From NCBI GenBank assembly GCA_030704615.1, contig CM060732.1, positions 43,214,001-43,278,000 on the forward strand: DNA of 64,000 nucleotides, in the 5' to 3' direction. Below the pieces are notes generated by a model, which searched no databases, was not told the DNA's origin, and saw nothing but the letters and a program-made list of their open reading frames with translations. This document shows, piece after piece, positions 62,924 to 64,000 of the stretch (its first letter is position 1; the number at the start of each line of letters is the position of its first letter). Both the position numbers and the translations under genes were made by a program. The DNA comes from Takakia lepidozioides. Taxonomy: Eukaryota > Plantae > Bryophyta.

Positions 62924-64000
62924 TCATGGTCGTATCAATGTGTAATTCTCCAATCCCTGCTTCTGACATTCTTTGCAAATCCATGCTATTTCGGTTTTTC
63001 TTCCAGGCTCCTTATACAAGACTTGCTCCAAACCAAACACACTTGAGATGTTATTTACATCTCCCAAGAAGTCAATGAGACCCCATGTAGCTGCATCTTT
63101 GTCAAATGGCAGACCATCGTCCCCTCCATCTGCGGGTAACACCTTATCGATAACCCCGGAGTCTAAACCAAGCGCTAGAAGGTCCGCAAATTCAAGGATC
63201 ATACTGCCTACCCCAGTTGTTATGTGCACACCCACTTTTGATCAACAATGTAATGGTTTTGAGGCCCCATACCAACAATGGTCGAATATTACGTCCCAAT
63301 TCACTTTCACGAGTAACCGGACAACCAACTTGACCATGTACTACATGGATAGCATTTATGTTCTCACACATGAAGTGAAGTTGCAATGGAGTCGAGCCTG
63401 ACAAGATGTAGGTGAATATTTTTCTGCCAAACGCGACGTCAGTGGTGGTGAAGTAGACAAGCCGAGGAACTTTACGTTGTTGCAATTATTCAGAGAAGTC
63501 GATCATCTTATCCAACTTTGAGCAAAGACTTGGCAAAAGTTTTTTTGCAAAGATTCAATGTCTTTGCCCAGTTTCAATATGCTTGCTTGTAACGTCTGTA
63601 AATAGTTCTTCACCTCCTTCATGTCACTTCGGATCTCGTGATGTAAATTCTTCACACCTTTTGCAATACCAGCTATAGTCTCTTCAACTTCAATTGGAGT
63701 ATTCCATTGAGTAGCTTCGTGCTCCTCCATATTATCTGTATCATTTAACAAATTAAGTTTTTGTTGCATACTTTTCAAATATCGAAGGCGGCTGGACAAC
63801 ATATCCACACATTCTTTGTTGCCCAACAAACCTCGACCTTGTCAAAACCACCTTGCACTATATTACCCTCAGACGGGTCCTATGTATGTGCATATGTGAG
63901 CTTGCCTACATTCTTGAGCATGTCCTTCTCCACCTTCCCTTTTAACATCTTCACCAACACTGCTTGATTTTTTCGGTATTTATATGGGTCAATCTCTCCA
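62924..64000 (-). pseudogene. TORNADO1-like (LRR-Roc-COR family) protein C-terminus, disrupted; 5' part outside window
   Basis: QRKVPRLVYF, LQLHFMCE..HVVHGQVGC, GVHITTGVGSMI, FGLEQVLYKEPG..IAWICK resemble the TRN1 C-terminus; in-frame stop at ~63880 and frameshifts. Confidence 0.75.

Noticed and set aside
1-64000. tRNA or rRNA genes
   Set aside because: None recognised; the only tRNA-related sequence is the retrotransposon PBS.

Overview
Eukaryotic nuclear DNA from a land plant, most likely a non-seed plant (GT-AG introns, PLS-class PPR remnants, TORNADO1-like gene); the species cannot be assigned from sequence alone. The left ~46 kb is a nested transposon pile: a Ty3/Gypsy element, LINE fragments, a CACTA transposase, a PPR-derived satellite and three Mutator-like (MULE) elements. 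The right ~18 kb holds two intact convergent genes (anthranilate phosphoribosyltransferase, BRX1), broken ORC2, SEC13 and TRN1-like copies, and a hAT-type MITE. Main candidate discovery: two diverged MULE-like elements (<1-~9284 and 21167-32027, the second with a 9-bp TSD) share one architecture. A GCM-like/DDE/SWIM transposase sits head-to-head with a spliced cargo gene encoding a ParB/Srx-like domain (DGNHR) fused to a bacterial-type beta-class amino-DNA methyltransferase fold (N4C/N6A type). The cargo-gene introns carry regularly spaced palindromes with a shared CG-NNAA-CG core, expanded to a ~24 x 116-bp hairpin array in copy 2. By analogy with VANDAL/VANC, this may be a transposon carrying its own sequence-targeted DNA-modification or anti-silencing module. 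Domain calls are by-eye motif recognition and the function is inference.
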